Source: Mycobacteriales bacterium (GTDB taxonomy: Bacteria > Actinomycetota > Actinomycetes > Mycobacteriales > SCTD01). From it: DNA of 64,000 bases. A program made the translations under genes and the position numbers. The stretch spans positions 67,093 to 131,092 of the forward strand of contig JAUYQP010000015.1 in NCBI GenBank assembly GCA_030697205.1, given 5' to 3'. Shown here piece by piece: positions 9,635-24,177 of the stretch. The notes beneath the pieces were generated by a model. The model made no database searches. It saw only the letters and a list, made by a program, of their open reading frames with translations, and was not told the origin of the DNA. Every line of letters begins with the position of its first letter. The first letter of the stretch is position 1.

Positions 9635-10012
9635 CTAGACCGACTGCCCGATCGCTCGCAGGCGGCTCTCCGCGCGTCGCACCGCGGAGTCGTCGCCCTC
9701 GCTCTGCGCCCGCTGCAGCGCAGCCTGGGCACGGCTCGCGTCGATGTCGGCGGCCAGCTCGGCGATCTCGGCGAGGACCGTCACGCCGTCGTCGGTGATG
9801 GACAGGAAGCCGCCGTGCACGGCGGCCACGACCTGCGCGCCACCGGACTGCTTGATGGTGACGACGGCGCCCTCGGCGAGCTCGCCGAGCAGCGGCGCGT
9901 GGCCGGGCAGGATGCCGATGTCGCCCTCGGTGGTGCGGGCCGAGACGAAGTCCGCCTCACCGCTCCAGACCTCGCGCTCGACCGAGACCAGCTCGACGTG
10001 CAGCTGCGCCAC
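9635..10012 (-). CDS. atpC: F0F1 ATP synthase subunit epsilon
   Basis: 125 aa; operon position; typical epsilon sequence. Confidence 0.9.
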   Translation of the reverse strand: MAQLHVELVSVEREVWSGEADFVSARTTEGDIGILPGHAPLLGELAEGAVVTIKQSGGAQVVAAVHGGFLSITDDGVTVLAEIAELAADIDASRAQAALQRAQSEGDDSAVRRAESRLRAIGQSV

Positions 10013-10121
10013 TGTCGTCCTCCTCCTGCTGTCGGGTGCCCGCTCCGGAAGATCCGGGACGGGCGGTGCGGGGTGGCGGCCGGATCACCCGGCCGCCGCC
10101 CCGGCGTACCTGCTGTGGTTC

Positions 10122-12477
<2,356 letters not shown>

Positions 12478-12478
12478 G

Positions 12479-14125
12479 TCAGCGGGCGGCGGGCGCGGGC
12501 TTGTAGGCGGTGATCTTGGTCTGGCCGGCGTCGTCCTTGTCCATGGCCTCGACCGCAGCCTCCTTGAGCAGCGGCTGACCGTCGCTGGTCTGGAACTGCT
12601 GCGTGAAGTCGTCGACCGCCTTGGCGAGCTGCTCGATCGTCGCGTCGTCGAGCTTGCCGGACTGCACGATGGCGTCGTAGATGCCCTGGTGCGAGCGCGC
12701 GATGAAGTCGAGCAGCTCGGCCTCGAAGCGGCGCACGTCACCGGTCGGCACGATGTCGACCTTGCCGTTGGTGCCGGCCCAGATCGACACGACCTGGCGC
12801 TCGACCGGGTACGGCGAGAACTGCCCCTGCTTGAGGAGCTCGACGAGCCGCTGGCCACGGTCGAGCTGGGCCTTCGACGCCTTGTCGAGGTCGGAGGCGA
12901 AGGCCGAGAAGGCCTCCAGCTCGCGGTACTGCGCCAGGTCGAGGCGCAGACGACCGGCGACGGACTTCATCGCCTTGATCTGCGCGTTGCCGCCGACGCG
13001 GGACACCGAGATGCCGACGTTGATGGCCGGGCGGACACCGGAGTTGAACAGGTCGGACTGCAGGAAGATCTGACCGTCGGTGATCGAGATGACGTTGGTC
13101 GGGATGAAGGCCGAGACGTCGTTGCCCTTGGTCTCGACGATCGGCAGGCCGGTCATCGAGCCGCCACCGAGCTCGTCGGAGAGCTTCGCGCAGCGCTCCA
13201 GCAGGCGGGAGTGCAGGTAGAAGACGTCGCCGGGGTAGGCCTCGCGGCCCGGCGGGCGACGCAGCAGCAGCGAGATGGCGCGGTAGGCGTCGGCCTGCTT
13301 GGAGAGGTCGTCGAAGACGATGAGGACGTGCTGGCCCTGGTACATCCAGTGCTGGCCGATGGCCGAGCCGGTGTAGGGGGCGAGGTACTTCAGACCCGCG
13401 GACTGCGAGGCCGGGGCGGCGACGACGGTGGTGTACTCGAGCGCGCCCGCCTCCTCGAGGCGACCGACGAGCTCACTGATCGTCGAGCCCTTCTGGCCGA
13501 TGGCGACGTAGATGCACTTGACCTGCTTCTTCGGGTCGCCGCTCTTCCAGTTGTCGCGCTGGTTGATGATCGCGTCGAGCGCCACCGCGGTCTTGCCGGT
13601 CTGGCGGTCGCCGATGATCAGCTGGCGCTGGCCACGGCCGACGGGCGTCATGGCGTCGATGGCCTTGATGCCGGTCTGCAGCGGCTCGGTCACCGGCTGG
13701 CGCTGCACGACGGTGGGGGCCTGCAGCTCGAGGATGCGGCGACCCTCGGCGACGATCTCGCCCTTGCCGTCGAGCGGGTTGCCGAGCGGGTCGACGACGC
13801 GACCGAGGAAGCCGTCGCCGACCGGGGCGGAGAGGACCTCACCGGTGCGACGGACCTCCTGGCCCTCCTCGATGCCCGAGGCCTCACCGAGGATGACGCA
13901 GCCGATCTCGCGCTCGTCGAGGTTGAGGGCGAGGCCGAGCAGGCCGCCCTCGAACTCGAGCAGCTCGTTGGTCATCGTCGCCTGGAGGCCCTCGACGCGG
14001 GCGATGCCGTCACCGGTCTCGATGACCCGTCCGACCTCCTCGCGGGTGGTCTCCGGGGTGTACGACGAGACGTAGCGCTCGATCGCGTCGCGGATCTCCT
14101 CCGGGCGGATGCTGAGCTCCGTCAT
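12479..14125 (-). CDS. atpA: F0F1 ATP synthase subunit alpha
   Basis: GDRQTGKT Walker A; 548 aa. Confidence 0.95.
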   Translation of the reverse strand: MTELSIRPEEIRDAIERYVSSYTPETTREEVGRVIETGDGIARVEGLQATMTNELLEFEGGLLGLALNLDEREIGCVILGEASGIEEGQEVRRTGEVLSAPVGDGFLGRVVDPLGNPLDGKGEIVAEGRRILELQAPTVVQRQPVTEPLQTGIKAIDAMTPVGRGQRQLIIGDRQTGKTAVALDAIINQRDNWKSGDPKKQVKCIYVAIGQKGSTISELVGRLEEAGALEYTTVVAAPASQSAGLKYLAPYTGSAIGQHWMYQGQHVLIVFDDLSKQADAYRAISLLLRRPPGREAYPGDVFYLHSRLLERCAKLSDELGGGSMTGLPIVETKGNDVSAFIPTNVISITDGQIFLQSDLFNSGVRPAINVGISVSRVGGNAQIKAMKSVAGRLRLDLAQYRELEAFSAFASDLDKASKAQLDRGQRLVELLKQGQFSPYPVERQVVSIWAGTNGKVDIVPTGDVRRFEAELLDFIARSHQGIYDAIVQSGKLDDATIEQLAKAVDDFTQQFQTSDGQPLLKEAAVEAMDKDDAGQTKITAYKPAPAAR

Positions 14126-14170
14126 GGTGTCCCTGCTCTCTGCTTCGGTGCGGGCGTTCGGGGGTGAGGC

Positions 14171-14989
14171 TTAGGTGAGGCGGCGGCGGGCCTCGGCCAG
14201 CCGGTGCCGGGTGGAGCCGTCGATGACCTCGTCGCCGACGTGGACGACCACGCCGCCCACGACCTTCGGGTCGACCTCGACCTGCAGCTGGACCTCGCGG
14301 CCGAGCTGAGCGGTCAGCGAGGCGGCGAGCCGCTGCTGCTGAGCCTCGTCGAGCGGGACGGCGCTCGTGACGGTCGCGAGGGTGCGCGAGCGCACGTCTG
14401 CGGCCAGCGCGGCGTAGTCCTGCAGGCCGTCCTCGAGGGTGCGGCCGCGGGGGTTGACGACCAGGGCCACGGCGATCCGCTTGGTGGCGGGCTTGACCTT
14501 GCCGTCGAGCAGCCCGTCGAGCAGCGCCTGCTTGCGCTCGGGGTCGAGGCCGCGGTCGGTGAGGACCGCGCGCAGCGCAGGCTCACGCGCGATGGTGCGC
14601 GCAAGCCGGAACAGCTCGTCCTCGACGTCGTCGAGGTCGCCGTCCGCCTCGGCCACGAGGAAGACCGCCGTGACGGCGAGCACCTCGACGGCGTCGACGA
14701 GGTCGCGCGGCGAGCTCCACCGCTTGGCCACGGCGTCCTTGAGCAGACCGAGCGGCAGCGGCTCGACCTGGCTGCCGAGCAGCCCGTCGACCAGCTGCGT
14801 CTTGGCCTCGGCGTCGGTCGCCGGGTCACCGAGGGTGCGGCGCAGGTTGCCCTCGCGGTCGAGCAGGCGCACGACCGAGAAGAGCCCCTCGGCCACCGAA
14901 CCGATGCCGGCGGCGTCGGGAAGCTCGGCCCGCAGCGCGGTGAGGCGCTCCCGGACCGAGACCAGGGCCTCGCGACTGGCTCCCTGCAT
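14171..14989 (-). CDS. atpH: F0F1 ATP synthase subunit delta
   Basis: 272 aa; operon position; OSCP-like C-terminus. Confidence 0.85.
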   Translation of the reverse strand: MQGASREALVSVRERLTALRAELPDAAGIGSVAEGLFSVVRLLDREGNLRRTLGDPATDAEAKTQLVDGLLGSQVEPLPLGLLKDAVAKRWSSPRDLVDAVEVLAVTAVFLVAEADGDLDDVEDELFRLARTIAREPALRAVLTDRGLDPERKQALLDGLLDGKVKPATKRIAVALVVNPRGRTLEDGLQDYAALAADVRSRTLATVTSAVPLDEAQQQRLAASLTAQLGREVQLQVEVDPKVVGGVVVHVGDEVIDGSTRHRLAEARRRLT

Positions 14990-15543
14990 CAGGAGGTCGT
15001 CCCCGCCGGCTGGCTGCCCGACTGCTCGAGCTCCGCGAGGAAGCGGTCGACGACGCGACGCTGCCGCTCGTCGTCGGCGAGCGACTCGCCCACGACGCGC
15101 TCGGCCAGCTCGACCGCGAGGCGGCCGATCTCGCCGCGCAGCTGCGTCACGACCTGCTGACGCTCGGCAGCGAGCTGCTCCTCGCCACGCGCGGTGATGC
15201 GGTCCGCGGTCTCGCGGGCCTCCGCGGTCAGCGAGTCGACGATCGCCTTGCCCTGCTCGCGAGCCTCGTCGCGGATGCGCGCGGCCTCGGCCCGAGCGTC
15301 CGCGAGCTGCGCCTTGTACTGCTCGAGCGCGGCGTTGGCCTCGGCCTGGGCGGCCTCGGCCTTGCTGATGCCGCCCTCGATGGCGGCGGTGCGCTCGGTG
15401 TAGGCCTTCTCGAACATCGGGAAGGCCTTCTTCGCGAGGAAGAAGTACAGCAGCGAGAAGGCGACCAGGCCGACGATGATCTCGGACAGGTGGGGGACGA
15501 GAGGGTTGATCTCCCCGCTCTCGCTCGCCAGGAGGGTCAGCAC
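14989..15543 (-). CDS. atpF: F0F1 ATP synthase subunit b
   Basis: 184 aa; N-terminal TM helix plus long Ala/Glu/Arg coiled coil. Confidence 0.85.
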   Translation of the reverse strand: MLTLLASESGEINPLVPHLSEIIVGLVAFSLLYFFLAKKAFPMFEKAYTERTAAIEGGISKAEAAQAEANAALEQYKAQLADARAEAARIRDEAREQGKAIVDSLTAEARETADRITARGEEQLAAERQQVVTQLRGEIGRLAVELAERVVGESLADDERQRRVVDRFLAELEQSGSQPAGTTS

Positions 15544-15552
15544 GTCAGCCCG

Positions 15553-15756
15553 CTAGAGGACGAACGCGAGGACGAGGCCGAACAGCGCCAGCGCCTCGGC
15601 GAGCGCGAAGCCCAGGAACGCGATGGGCTGGAGCACACCGCGAGCCTCGGGCTGACGAGCCACACCGTTGATGTAGGCGGCGAAGATCAGACCGACGCCG
15701 ATGCCCGGGCCGATGGCCGAGAGGCCGTAGCCGACCAGGTTGAGCGTGCCTTCCAT
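15553..15756 (-). CDS. atpE: F0F1 ATP synthase subunit c
   Basis: 67-aa hairpin proteolipid with conserved Glu in LAEALALFG. Confidence 0.9.
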   Translation of the reverse strand: MEGTLNLVGYGLSAIGPGIGVGLIFAAYINGVARQPEARGVLQPIAFLGFALAEALALFGLVLAFVL

Positions 15757-15814
15757 CGTGTTCCTTCCAGAGGTTGGGCGCGCGCGGTGGAGCCCGCGTG
15801 CGCTTCGTGCGGTC

Positions 15815-16591
15815 TTAGTGCTCGTCCGCCAGCGAACCGGCGATGTAGAGAGCGGTGAGCAGCGTGAAGATGTAGGCCTGCAGGCACTGCACCAGGAACT
15901 CGAAGAACGTCAGGACGATACCGAGCAGGAACGCGAGCGGGCTGATCGCGGCCAGCGCCCCACCCTGCGACAGCAGGTGCTCGCCACCGAGGATGAAGAC
16001 CAGCAGCAGCAGGTGGCCGGCGAACATGTTGGCGAACAGACGCAGCGCGAGCGTGAGCGGGCGCACCAGCACGGTCGAGACGAACTCGATCGGGGCCAGC
16101 AGGATGTAGACCGGCTTCGGGACGCCGGGCGGGAACATCATCTCCTTGAAGAAGCCGAAGGGCCCCTTCTTCCCGATCCCGATCCCCATGAACAGCAGCC
16201 AGACGAGGATCGCCAGCACCGCGGGGTAGCTGATGCGCGACATCGTCGGGAACTGGATGAGCGGGATGATGCCGAAGATGTTGTTGACGAGGATGAAGCT
16301 GAACAGCGTCGCGAGGAACGGCACGTACTTGAGGAAGTCGTGGCCGATGACGTCGCGGCCGACCTCGTTGCGCACGAAGCCGTAGACGCCCTCGCCGGCG
16401 AACTGCAGCTTGCCGGGGACGACCGCCTGCTTGCGCGCGGACAGGTAGTAGAAGACCGCGACGAGCACGGCAGCGAGCACCACCAGCACCATCGGCTTGG
16501 TGACCTCACCGAGACCCGGGATCGGCGGGAACTCGAAGTCGCGGCTGCTCGGCGGGGCGAACTCCTCACCCGAGGACGCGAGCGGGCTCAC
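15815..16591 (-). CDS. atpB: F0F1 ATP synthase subunit a
   Basis: 258 aa; [15 protein letters not shown] motif. Confidence 0.9.
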   Translation of the reverse strand: MSPLASSGEEFAPPSSRDFEFPPIPGLGEVTKPMVLVVLAAVLVAVFYYLSARKQAVVPGKLQFAGEGVYGFVRNEVGRDVIGHDFLKYVPFLATLFSFILVNNIFGIIPLIQFPTMSRISYPAVLAILVWLLFMGIGIGKKGPFGFFKEMMFPPGVPKPVYILLAPIEFVSTVLVRPLTLALRLFANMFAGHLLLLVFILGGEHLLSQGGALAAISPLAFLLGIVLTFFEFLVQCLQAYIFTLLTALYIAGSLADEH

Positions 16592-16607
16592 ACGTTCTCC
16601 TTCACCA

Positions 16608-16823
16608 TCAGGGGGTTTCCCTGCCGTACCGGATGTAGACGAGGTAGAGCGAGCTGACGCAGCCGAGGAGCATGCCGATCCCCACGACGAAGTCCGTGCC
16701 CAACCATCGGTCGACGAGCAGTCCTACCCCGCCCCACAGCAGCAGGCCGGACAGGATGTAGGCGATCACCGTCCACGCATCACCCGGGTTGGTCTGGCCC
16801 CCCGGTGACCCGTCATGGCTCAT
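16608..16823 (-). CDS. AtpZ/AtpI-family small membrane protein
   Basis: 71 aa, two TM helices, immediately upstream of atpB. Confidence 0.6.
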   Translation of the reverse strand: MSHDGSPGGQTNPGDAWTVIAYILSGLLLWGGVGLLVDRWLGTDFVVGIGMLLGCVSSLYLVYIRYGRETP

Positions 16824-16839
16824 CGCGTGCGAAACGCTA

Positions 16840-17304
16840 TCAGCCCTCGGGCTCGGCCTCGCGAGCGGGGTCGGAGACCTTCTTCACGTCGGCGTCCGGG
16901 TCCTCGACGGGCTCGACGTAGAGCAGCTGCAGACCCAGGAAGGCCCGCACCTCGCAGGCCAGCCAGACGAGCACGCTGACGAGGACGGAGGCGCCCACGG
17001 AGGTGCGGTCGACGACTCCGGTGCGGCGTACGAGGACGAGCACGAGCAGCAGCGCGGTCACCGTGAACAGGTAGGACATCAGCGCGGCGCTCATCGTGAA
17101 CAGCGGGTGCAGCGGCCGGGTGCGGCGCGCGACGTAGAGCCCGAGACCGAACGACGCGACGACCAGCACGCAGCCGAGCAGCGCCCCCGCGGCCCCCTCC
17201 ACGCCGCGCAGGACGCCGGCGACCACGGCCGCGACGGCACCTGCGACGAGGGTGGGCCAGACCGAGGCGCGGAAGAGCACGACCTCCCAGCTGGGGGTCG
17301 TCAC
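16840..17304 (-). CDS. hypothetical polytopic membrane protein (Rv1303-like position)
   Basis: 154 aa from the GTG that overlaps the wecA stop (GTGA); four hydrophobic helices. Confidence 0.5.
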   Translation of the reverse strand: MTTPSWEVVLFRASVWPTLVAGAVAAVVAGVLRGVEGAAGALLGCVLVVASFGLGLYVARRTRPLHPLFTMSAALMSYLFTVTALLLVLVLVRRTGVVDRTSVGASVLVSVLVWLACEVRAFLGLQLLYVEPVEDPDADVKKVSDPAREAEPEG

Positions 17305-18419
17305 CGGTCGAGCGCGCGGGCGGCCCGCAGCCGCGGGATGCTGGAGGCGACGAGGGCCAGCGCGGCCAGCCCGCCCATCACGGCGAGCACCGGCAGGATG
17401 CCCCCGGTGACGGCGACGGCCACCCCGCCGAAGGCCAGCAGGGCGGTCCAGAAGTACATGATGAGCACCGCACGCGTGTGGCTGTGGCCGATCTCGAGCA
17501 GCCGGTGGTGCAGGTGAGCCTTGTCGGGGGCGAAGGGCGAGCGACCCGCCCTGGTGCGCCTGATCACGGCCAGCAGCAGGTCGACGAAGGGCACGGCCAG
17601 GACCGCGGCCGGCAGCAGCAGGACGAGCAGCGCGGGGAAGGCGACCTCGGGCGGCAGCGCGTCGTAGTCGAACTGCCCCGTCAGCGACGTCACCGAGCCC
17701 GCGAGCATGAGCCCGATGAGCATCGAGCCGCTGTCGCCCATGAAGATGCGCGCCGGGTTGAAGTTGTGCGGCAGGAAGCCCAGGCACACGCCCGCCAGCA
17801 CGACCGCGATGAGCGCCGGCGAGGAGATCCGGGACTGCGCGAGCCCGGAGGTCACCTGACCGCTCGACAGCGAGTAGGCGAAGGCGAAGAAGGCCAGCGC
17901 CGCTATCGCGCCCACCCCGGCGGCCAGGCCGTCGAGGCCGTCGATGAAGTTGATGGCGTTGACGGTGAGCAGCGTGAGGATGACCGTGAGCGGCACGCCC
18001 TCGACGCCGAGCGACAGCGCACCGACGCCCGGCAGCGTGAGGGTGAGCAGCTGCAGGCCGAGCAGCACCATGACGCCGGCAGCCACCAGCTGGCCGGCGA
18101 GCTTGGTGAGCGCGTCGAGGGGCCACCGGTCGTCGACGATGCCGAGGGCCACGATGATCCCGCCGCCGACGAGCACCGCCTGGACGTCGGAGTAGGTGAA
18201 GACCGTCTGCAGCGCGGGCAGCTGGTGGGCGACGAGGAAGGCCGCCGCGACCCCGGCGTACATCGCCACTCCCCCGAGCCGCGGCGTCGGGATCGCGTGC
18301 ACGTCGCGGTCGCGCGGCTCGGCCATGGCTCCGGTGCGCACGGCGATGCGGCGCGCGACCGGGGTCAGCAGATAGGTGACCGCGGCCGCGACGCAGAGGA
18401 CCAGGAGGTACTCCCGCAC
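17301..18419 (-). CDS. wecA: undecaprenyl-phosphate GlcNAc-1-phosphate transferase (MraY/WecA family)
   Basis: 372 aa polytopic protein; NFIDGLDGLA and FMGDSGS motifs. Confidence 0.85.
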   Translation of the reverse strand: MREYLLVLCVAAAVTYLLTPVARRIAVRTGAMAEPRDRDVHAIPTPRLGGVAMYAGVAAAFLVAHQLPALQTVFTYSDVQAVLVGGGIIVALGIVDDRWPLDALTKLAGQLVAAGVMVLLGLQLLTLTLPGVGALSLGVEGVPLTVILTLLTVNAINFIDGLDGLAAGVGAIAALAFFAFAYSLSSGQVTSGLAQSRISSPALIAVVLAGVCLGFLPHNFNPARIFMGDSGSMLIGLMLAGSVTSLTGQFDYDALPPEVAFPALLVLLLPAAVLAVPFVDLLLAVIRRTRAGRSPFAPDKAHLHHRLLEIGHSHTRAVLIMYFWTALLAFGGVAVAVTGGILPVLAVMGGLAALALVASSIPRLRAARALDR

Positions 18420-18496
18420 CAGCGCAGGCTATCCGCGACGGCTGTGAGCGGCAGACCTCGACACCCGGGCGGACACCCAGGAGTACGACGCGAAGG

Positions 18497-19099
18497 TCAC
18501 CGGGCGCCGGCGAGCAGGTCGAGCGGGCGCTGCAGGGTGGCGTGGACCAGCGACGCGCACGAGGCGAAGCCGGCCTCGGGCCCCTGGTAGGGGTCCTCGA
18601 CGTCGTCGTCGCGCGGGGACGCCGGCGGGACGAGGCCGCGGTTGGCGGCGGCGGCGCGGACCAGCGCCCGCCCGCGCTCGACCAGGTCACCGGTGGGCAG
18701 GGCTGTCGGGTCGACGGCGGAGCACAGCCGGTCGAACTCGCGCAGCGTGAAGGTGCGGGCCGCGGCGCGCGGGTGCATGACCACGGCGGCCGCGCGGTGC
18801 TCGCGGGTCGCGGCCAGCACGAGGTCGGCCGAGACGACCAGGTCGGAGACGAGCTCGCGGGCCCGGAAGGCCGAGCCGTCGACGGCGTAGCGGGCCAGGC
18901 TCGACAGCGCGAAGGCCTCCATCGGCGCGCCGGTGTAGCCCATCGTCCCGGCGGAGGCGACCTCGAAGGCGACCGCGTCGGGGCCGAGCCGCTGCGCCAG
19001 CCCGGCCGTCATCATCTGCTCGGCCATCGGCGAGCGGCAGATGTTGCCGGTGCAGACGTGCAGGACCCGGAAGCGCTCCGGCTGGGTCGGGTCGGTCAC
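18497..19099 (-). CDS. low-molecular-weight protein-tyrosine phosphatase
   Basis: VCTGNICRSP = CX5R(S) P-loop; GTG overlaps the upstream stop. Confidence 0.8.
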   Translation of the reverse strand: MTDPTQPERFRVLHVCTGNICRSPMAEQMMTAGLAQRLGPDAVAFEVASAGTMGYTGAPMEAFALSSLARYAVDGSAFRARELVSDLVVSADLVLAATREHRAAAVVMHPRAAARTFTLREFDRLCSAVDPTALPTGDLVERGRALVRAAAANRGLVPPASPRDDDVEDPYQGPEAGFASCASLVHATLQRPLDLLAGAR

Positions 19100-19743
19100 G
19101 AGGGCTCGCCTTCGGTGAGGAGGTCGGGGCAGGTCTCCCGCAGGACCTCGACGTCGAGGGCGCCCTCGCGCAGGACGCGCGGGCGCTCGCCGGTGAGGTC
19201 GAGGATGGTGGAGGGGACGGGGTCCCCGGACGGGCCGGCGTCGAGGTAGACCGCGACCGACGTGCCGAGCTGCCGCTCGGCCTCCGCGGCGTCGCTCGCC
19301 GGCGGCTGCCCGCTGCGGTTGGCGCTGCTCACCGCGAGCGGCCCGGTCTGTTCCAGGACGGCGAGCGCGGTCGCGTGCAGCGGCATGCGGACCGCGACGG
19401 TGCCGCGGGTGTCGCCGAGGTCCCAGGCGAGCGAGGGCGCGGCCCGCACCACGAGGGTCAGCGGGCCCGGCCAGTGCAGCTCGACCAGGGCACGCGCCGT
19501 GGGGGTGACGCTCGCGGCCAGGCCGTCGAGGGTGCGCCACGAGCCGACGAGCACCGGGACCGGCAGGTCGCGCCCGCGGCCCTTGGCCTCGAGCAGCCGG
19601 CGGACGGCGGTCGGCGAGAAGGCGTCGGCCGCGATGCCGTAGACGGTGTCGGTCGGCAGCACGGCGAGGTCGCCGCGCCGCAGCACGTCGATCGCGGCCT
19701 CCACCCCGGGCGTCGGGTCGGAGGTGACGTCGTAGGTCGTCAT
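19096..19743 (-). CDS. L-threonylcarbamoyladenylate synthase (Sua5/YwlC/TsaC family)
   Basis: LPTDTVYGIAADA, WPGPLTLV motifs; 215 aa. Confidence 0.85.
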   Translation of the reverse strand: MTTYDVTSDPTPGVEAAIDVLRRGDLAVLPTDTVYGIAADAFSPTAVRRLLEAKGRGRDLPVPVLVGSWRTLDGLAASVTPTARALVELHWPGPLTLVVRAAPSLAWDLGDTRGTVAVRMPLHATALAVLEQTGPLAVSSANRSGQPPASDAAEAERQLGTSVAVYLDAGPSGDPVPSTILDLTGERPRVLREGALDVEVLRETCPDLLTEGEPS

Positions 19744-20605
19744 CAGCCGGTCCAGCGGGCGGTCGTGAAGCGGTCGCGACCGGTGAGGTCGCGATGGTCC
19801 TGGACCTCGGTCCAACCACCGGCCTCGGTAAAGACGGCAGGACAGGTCGTGCCCTGACGGTCGGAGTGCTCGACGACGACGAGGCCGCCGGGCTTGAGCA
19901 GCCGGCGCGCGGCCTGCTCGACCAGCCGCACCACGTCGAGGCCGTCGGCCCCGGCGAACAGCGCGATCTCCGGGTCGTGGTCGACGACCTCGGGGTCGGG
20001 GATGTGGCGCTCGTCCTCGGCGACGTAGGGCGGGTTGCTCGCCACCAGGTCGACCTGCCCGTCGAGCTCCGGCAGCGCGTCCTCGGCGGAGCCCTGGTGG
20101 AGCTGGACCTCCGGGTCGCCGGCGGCGACCCGGTTGGCCGCGTTGCGGCGGGTCCACGCCAGCGCGCCGGGGTCGCGCTCGACGGCGTGGACCGTCGCTG
20201 CGGGGACCTCGTTGGCCAGCGCGAAGGCGATCGTGCCGGACCCGGTGCACAGGTCGACGAGCAGCGGCGCCTCCCAGCCCTCGGCGCGGACCGCGTCGAC
20301 GGCCCACTGCACGACCGACTCGGTCTCGGGCCTCGGGACGAAGACGCCCGGCCCGACCTCGAGCTCGACGTAGCGGAAGCCGACCGAGCCGGTGAGGTGC
20401 TGCAGAGGCACCCGCTGCGCACGCCGCGCCACCAGCTCGTCGTACGCCGTGCTCTGCTCGGCGGTGAGGCCGTCGTGCAGCAGCAGGTCCGACGGTCGGT
20501 CCAGGCCGAGCACGTGCACCGCGAGGGCGCGGGCGTCGTGCTCGGGGCTGTCGACCCCCGCCTGCTCGAGCGTCGCGGTCGCGGCACGGACCGCTCCGGT
20601 CAGGC

Positions 20606-20609
<4 letters not shown>
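19743..20609 (-). CDS. prmC: release-factor glutamine N5-methyltransferase
   Basis: DLCTGSG SAM motif and NPPY motif (SNPPYV); follows prfA. Confidence 0.9.
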
Positions 20610-21673
<1,064 letters not shown>

Positions 21674-21761
21674 CGCTCCTCCTGCTGGTCTGGCTGCTGC
21701 CCTGGGGGCGGACACGACAACGGCGCCCGACCCGGTGTCCGGGTCAGGCGCCGTGAGGTCG

Positions 21762-21977
21762 CTACTTGGAGGTGCGCTTGCCGAAGCGCTGCTCGAAGCG
21801 GGCCACGCGGCCGCCGGTGTCGAGGATCTTCTGCTTGCCGGTGTAGAACGGGTGGCACTGGGCGCACACGTCCGCGCTGATGCTGCCGCCCTTGGCGGTG
21901 CTGCGGGTCGTGAAGGTGCTGCCGCAGGTGCAGGTCACCGTGGTGAGCTCGTACGCCGGGTGGATGTCGGCCTTCAT
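21762..21977 (-). CDS. rpmE: 50S ribosomal protein L31 (Cys-containing type)
   Basis: [22 protein letters not shown]...[13 protein letters not shown]. Confidence 0.9.
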   Translation of the reverse strand: MKADIHPAYELTTVTCTCGSTFTTRSTAKGGSISADVCAQCHPFYTGKQKILDTGGRVARFEQRFGKRTSK

Positions 21978-22155
21978 GGTGGTGCCTCTCGGGGTAGGTG
22001 GCCGCCGGGTCGCAGGCAGCACGCGAGCACGACGGGAGTGTCGTCCTGCGGGCCGGACTGCGTGAACCGGTGCCGGTGTGGCATCCAGTGTGCCAGACCG
22101 TAGAACCGCGCCGCGCGGGCCGCTCTTCCCGCGGGCGGTGGCGTCGTACGCCGGG

Positions 22156-24177
22156 CTAGTGCTCGGCGTCAGCGGGGACGGTCGTCTTCTGGATCTGCAT
22201 GAGGAACTCGACGTTGGTGCGGGTCGCCTTCATCTTGTCGAGCAGCAGCTCGAGCGAGGACGACGTGTCGAGCGCGTGCAGGACCCGGCGCAGCTGCAAG
22301 ACGATGCGCAGCTCCTCGGGCGCGAGCAGGATCTCCTCCTTGCGGGTGCCGGAGGCGTCCACGTCGATGGCCGGGAAGATCCGCTTGTCCGCGAGGCGCC
22401 GGTCGAGCTTGAGCTCGGCGTTGCCGGTGCCCTTGAACTCCTCGAAGATCACCGTGTCCATCGCCGAGCCGGTCTCGACCAGTGCGGTGGCGAAGATGGT
22501 GAGCGAGCCGCCGTTCTCGATGTTGCGGGCCGCGCCGAGGAAGCGCTTCGGCGGGTAGAGCGCCGCGGAGTCGACGCCACCGGTGAGGATGCGGCCGGAT
22601 GCGGGCGCGCCGAGGTTGTAGGCGCGGCCGAGACGGGTGATCGAGTCGAGCAAGACGACCACGTCGTGGCCGAGCTCGACCAGGCGCTTGGCGCGCTCGA
22701 TCGACAGCTCCGCGACCGTGATGTGGTCCGTCGGCGGGCGGTCGAAGGTCGAGGCGATGACCTCGCCCTTCACCGACCGCTGCATGTCGGTGACCTCCTC
22801 GGGCCGCTCGTCGACCAGGACGACCATGAGGTGGCACTCGGGGTTGTTGGTGGTGATGGCGTTGGCGATCGCCTGCATCACCATCGTCTTGCCGGCCTTC
22901 GGCGGGCTGACGATCAGGGCGCGCTGGCCCTTGCCGACCGGCATCACCAGGTCGATGACGCGGGTGGTGAGGATCGACGGGTCGGTCTCCAGGCGCAGCC
23001 GCTCCTGCGGGTAGAGCGGCGTGAGCTTGGTGAAGTCGGGGCGGTTCAGCGCCTCCTCGGGGTCGAGGCCGTTGACCGAGTCGAGGCGGACCAGCGCGTT
23101 GTACTTGTCGCGCCGCTCGCCCTCGCGCTGCTGGCGGACCTGACCGGTGACCGCGTCGCCGCGCCGCAGGCCGTACTTGCGGACCTGCTGCAGCGAGACG
23201 TAGATGTCGTTGGGTCCGGTGAGGTAGCCGCTGGTGCGGATGAAGCCGTAGTTGTCGAGGATGTCGAGGATGCCGCCGACGGGCACGAGCACGTCCTCGT
23301 CGCTGACGAAGGTGTCGGGCTCGTAGCGGTCGGAGCCGGTGCGGTTGCGGTTGCGCCCGCGGCCGCGCTCGCGGAAGCGCCCACGCCGACCGCCGAACTC
23401 GTCCTCGTCCTGACCGCCCTGACCTGGCTGGCCGCCCTGACTCGGCTGGCCCTGGGGCCGGTCCTGCTGGGGCCGGTCCTGCCGGTCTTGCCGGTCCTGG
23501 CGGTCCTGCTGCGGCCGGTCCTGACGGTCCTGGCGGTCCTGCTGCGGCCGGTCCTGGCGGTCCTGGCCGTCGCCGCCCGTGGCGGCCCGCTCGGCCCGGC
23601 GCGCCTCGCGCTCGAGGAAGCGCTCCCGTCCACGGTCGACGCGCTCGGGCCGGTCGCTGCCCGCCGCCTCGCCGTCCCGCTCAGAGCCGTCGGAGCCGTC
23701 GGAGCCGTCGGAGCCGTCGCGGCTGTCGGTGCTGTCGGTCGCGCGGTCGTCGGCGGACGCGCCGGCCTCGGGAGCGGCAGCGTCGTACGACGCCCGGGTG
23801 CCCGTGGGCCGGGAGGTCTGCGCGGGCTGGGGGGCCGACTGGCCGGTCTGGTGCGCCTGGATGGCGTCGATGAGCGGGCCCTTGCGCAGGCCGTTCGCGC
23901 CGGTGATGCCGAGCTCGCTGGCGAGCGCCTTGAGCTGCGGGAGGAGCAGCGCGGAGAGGTTGGGGCCCGCGTCGGGAGCGGAGGTGCGCGCAGGCGCAGG
24001 TGCGGCCGGCTCTGCGGGCGTCTCTGCGCTGGTGGCGCGCGCCGTCGTCGCGCCCGCCCCGCCGCCGGTGGCGCGCCGCCGGGTGCGGGTGGCACCTGCG
24101 GCGGGCGCGGACTCGGCGGGGGCGTCCTGCTCGGGACCGGTGGCGGTCTCGGCGAGCAGGTCGGAGGAGTCGGTCAA
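22156..24177 (-). CDS. rho: transcription termination factor Rho with large N-terminal insertion
   Basis: C-terminal 420 aa canonical Rho ([17 protein letters not shown]); TTG start at 24177 preceded by GAAGGA gives (M)TDSSDL.., like the mycobacterial MTDTDL; 673 aa. Confidence 0.9.
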   Translation of the reverse strand: MTDSSDLLAETATGPEQDAPAESAPAAGATRTRRRATGGGAGATTARATSAETPAEPAAPAPARTSAPDAGPNLSALLLPQLKALASELGITGANGLRKGPLIDAIQAHQTGQSAPQPAQTSRPTGTRASYDAAAPEAGASADDRATDSTDSRDGSDGSDGSDGSERDGEAAGSDRPERVDRGRERFLEREARRAERAATGGDGQDRQDRPQQDRQDRQDRPQQDRQDRQDRQDRPQQDRPQGQPSQGGQPGQGGQDEDEFGGRRGRFRERGRGRNRNRTGSDRYEPDTFVSDEDVLVPVGGILDILDNYGFIRTSGYLTGPNDIYVSLQQVRKYGLRRGDAVTGQVRQQREGERRDKYNALVRLDSVNGLDPEEALNRPDFTKLTPLYPQERLRLETDPSILTTRVIDLVMPVGKGQRALIVSPPKAGKTMVMQAIANAITTNNPECHLMVVLVDERPEEVTDMQRSVKGEVIASTFDRPPTDHITVAELSIERAKRLVELGHDVVVLLDSITRLGRAYNLGAPASGRILTGGVDSAALYPPKRFLGAARNIENGGSLTIFATALVETGSAMDTVIFEEFKGTGNAELKLDRRLADKRIFPAIDVDASGTRKEEILLAPEELRIVLQLRRVLHALDTSSSLELLLDKMKATRTNVEFLMQIQKTTVPADAEH
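23458..23565 (-). repeat. ten 9-nt NCGGTCYTG units (= Gln-Asp-Arg) inside rho, including a 33-nt tandem duplication
   Basis: Read directly; 23500-23532 and 23533-23565 differ at 1 nt. Confidence 0.85.
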
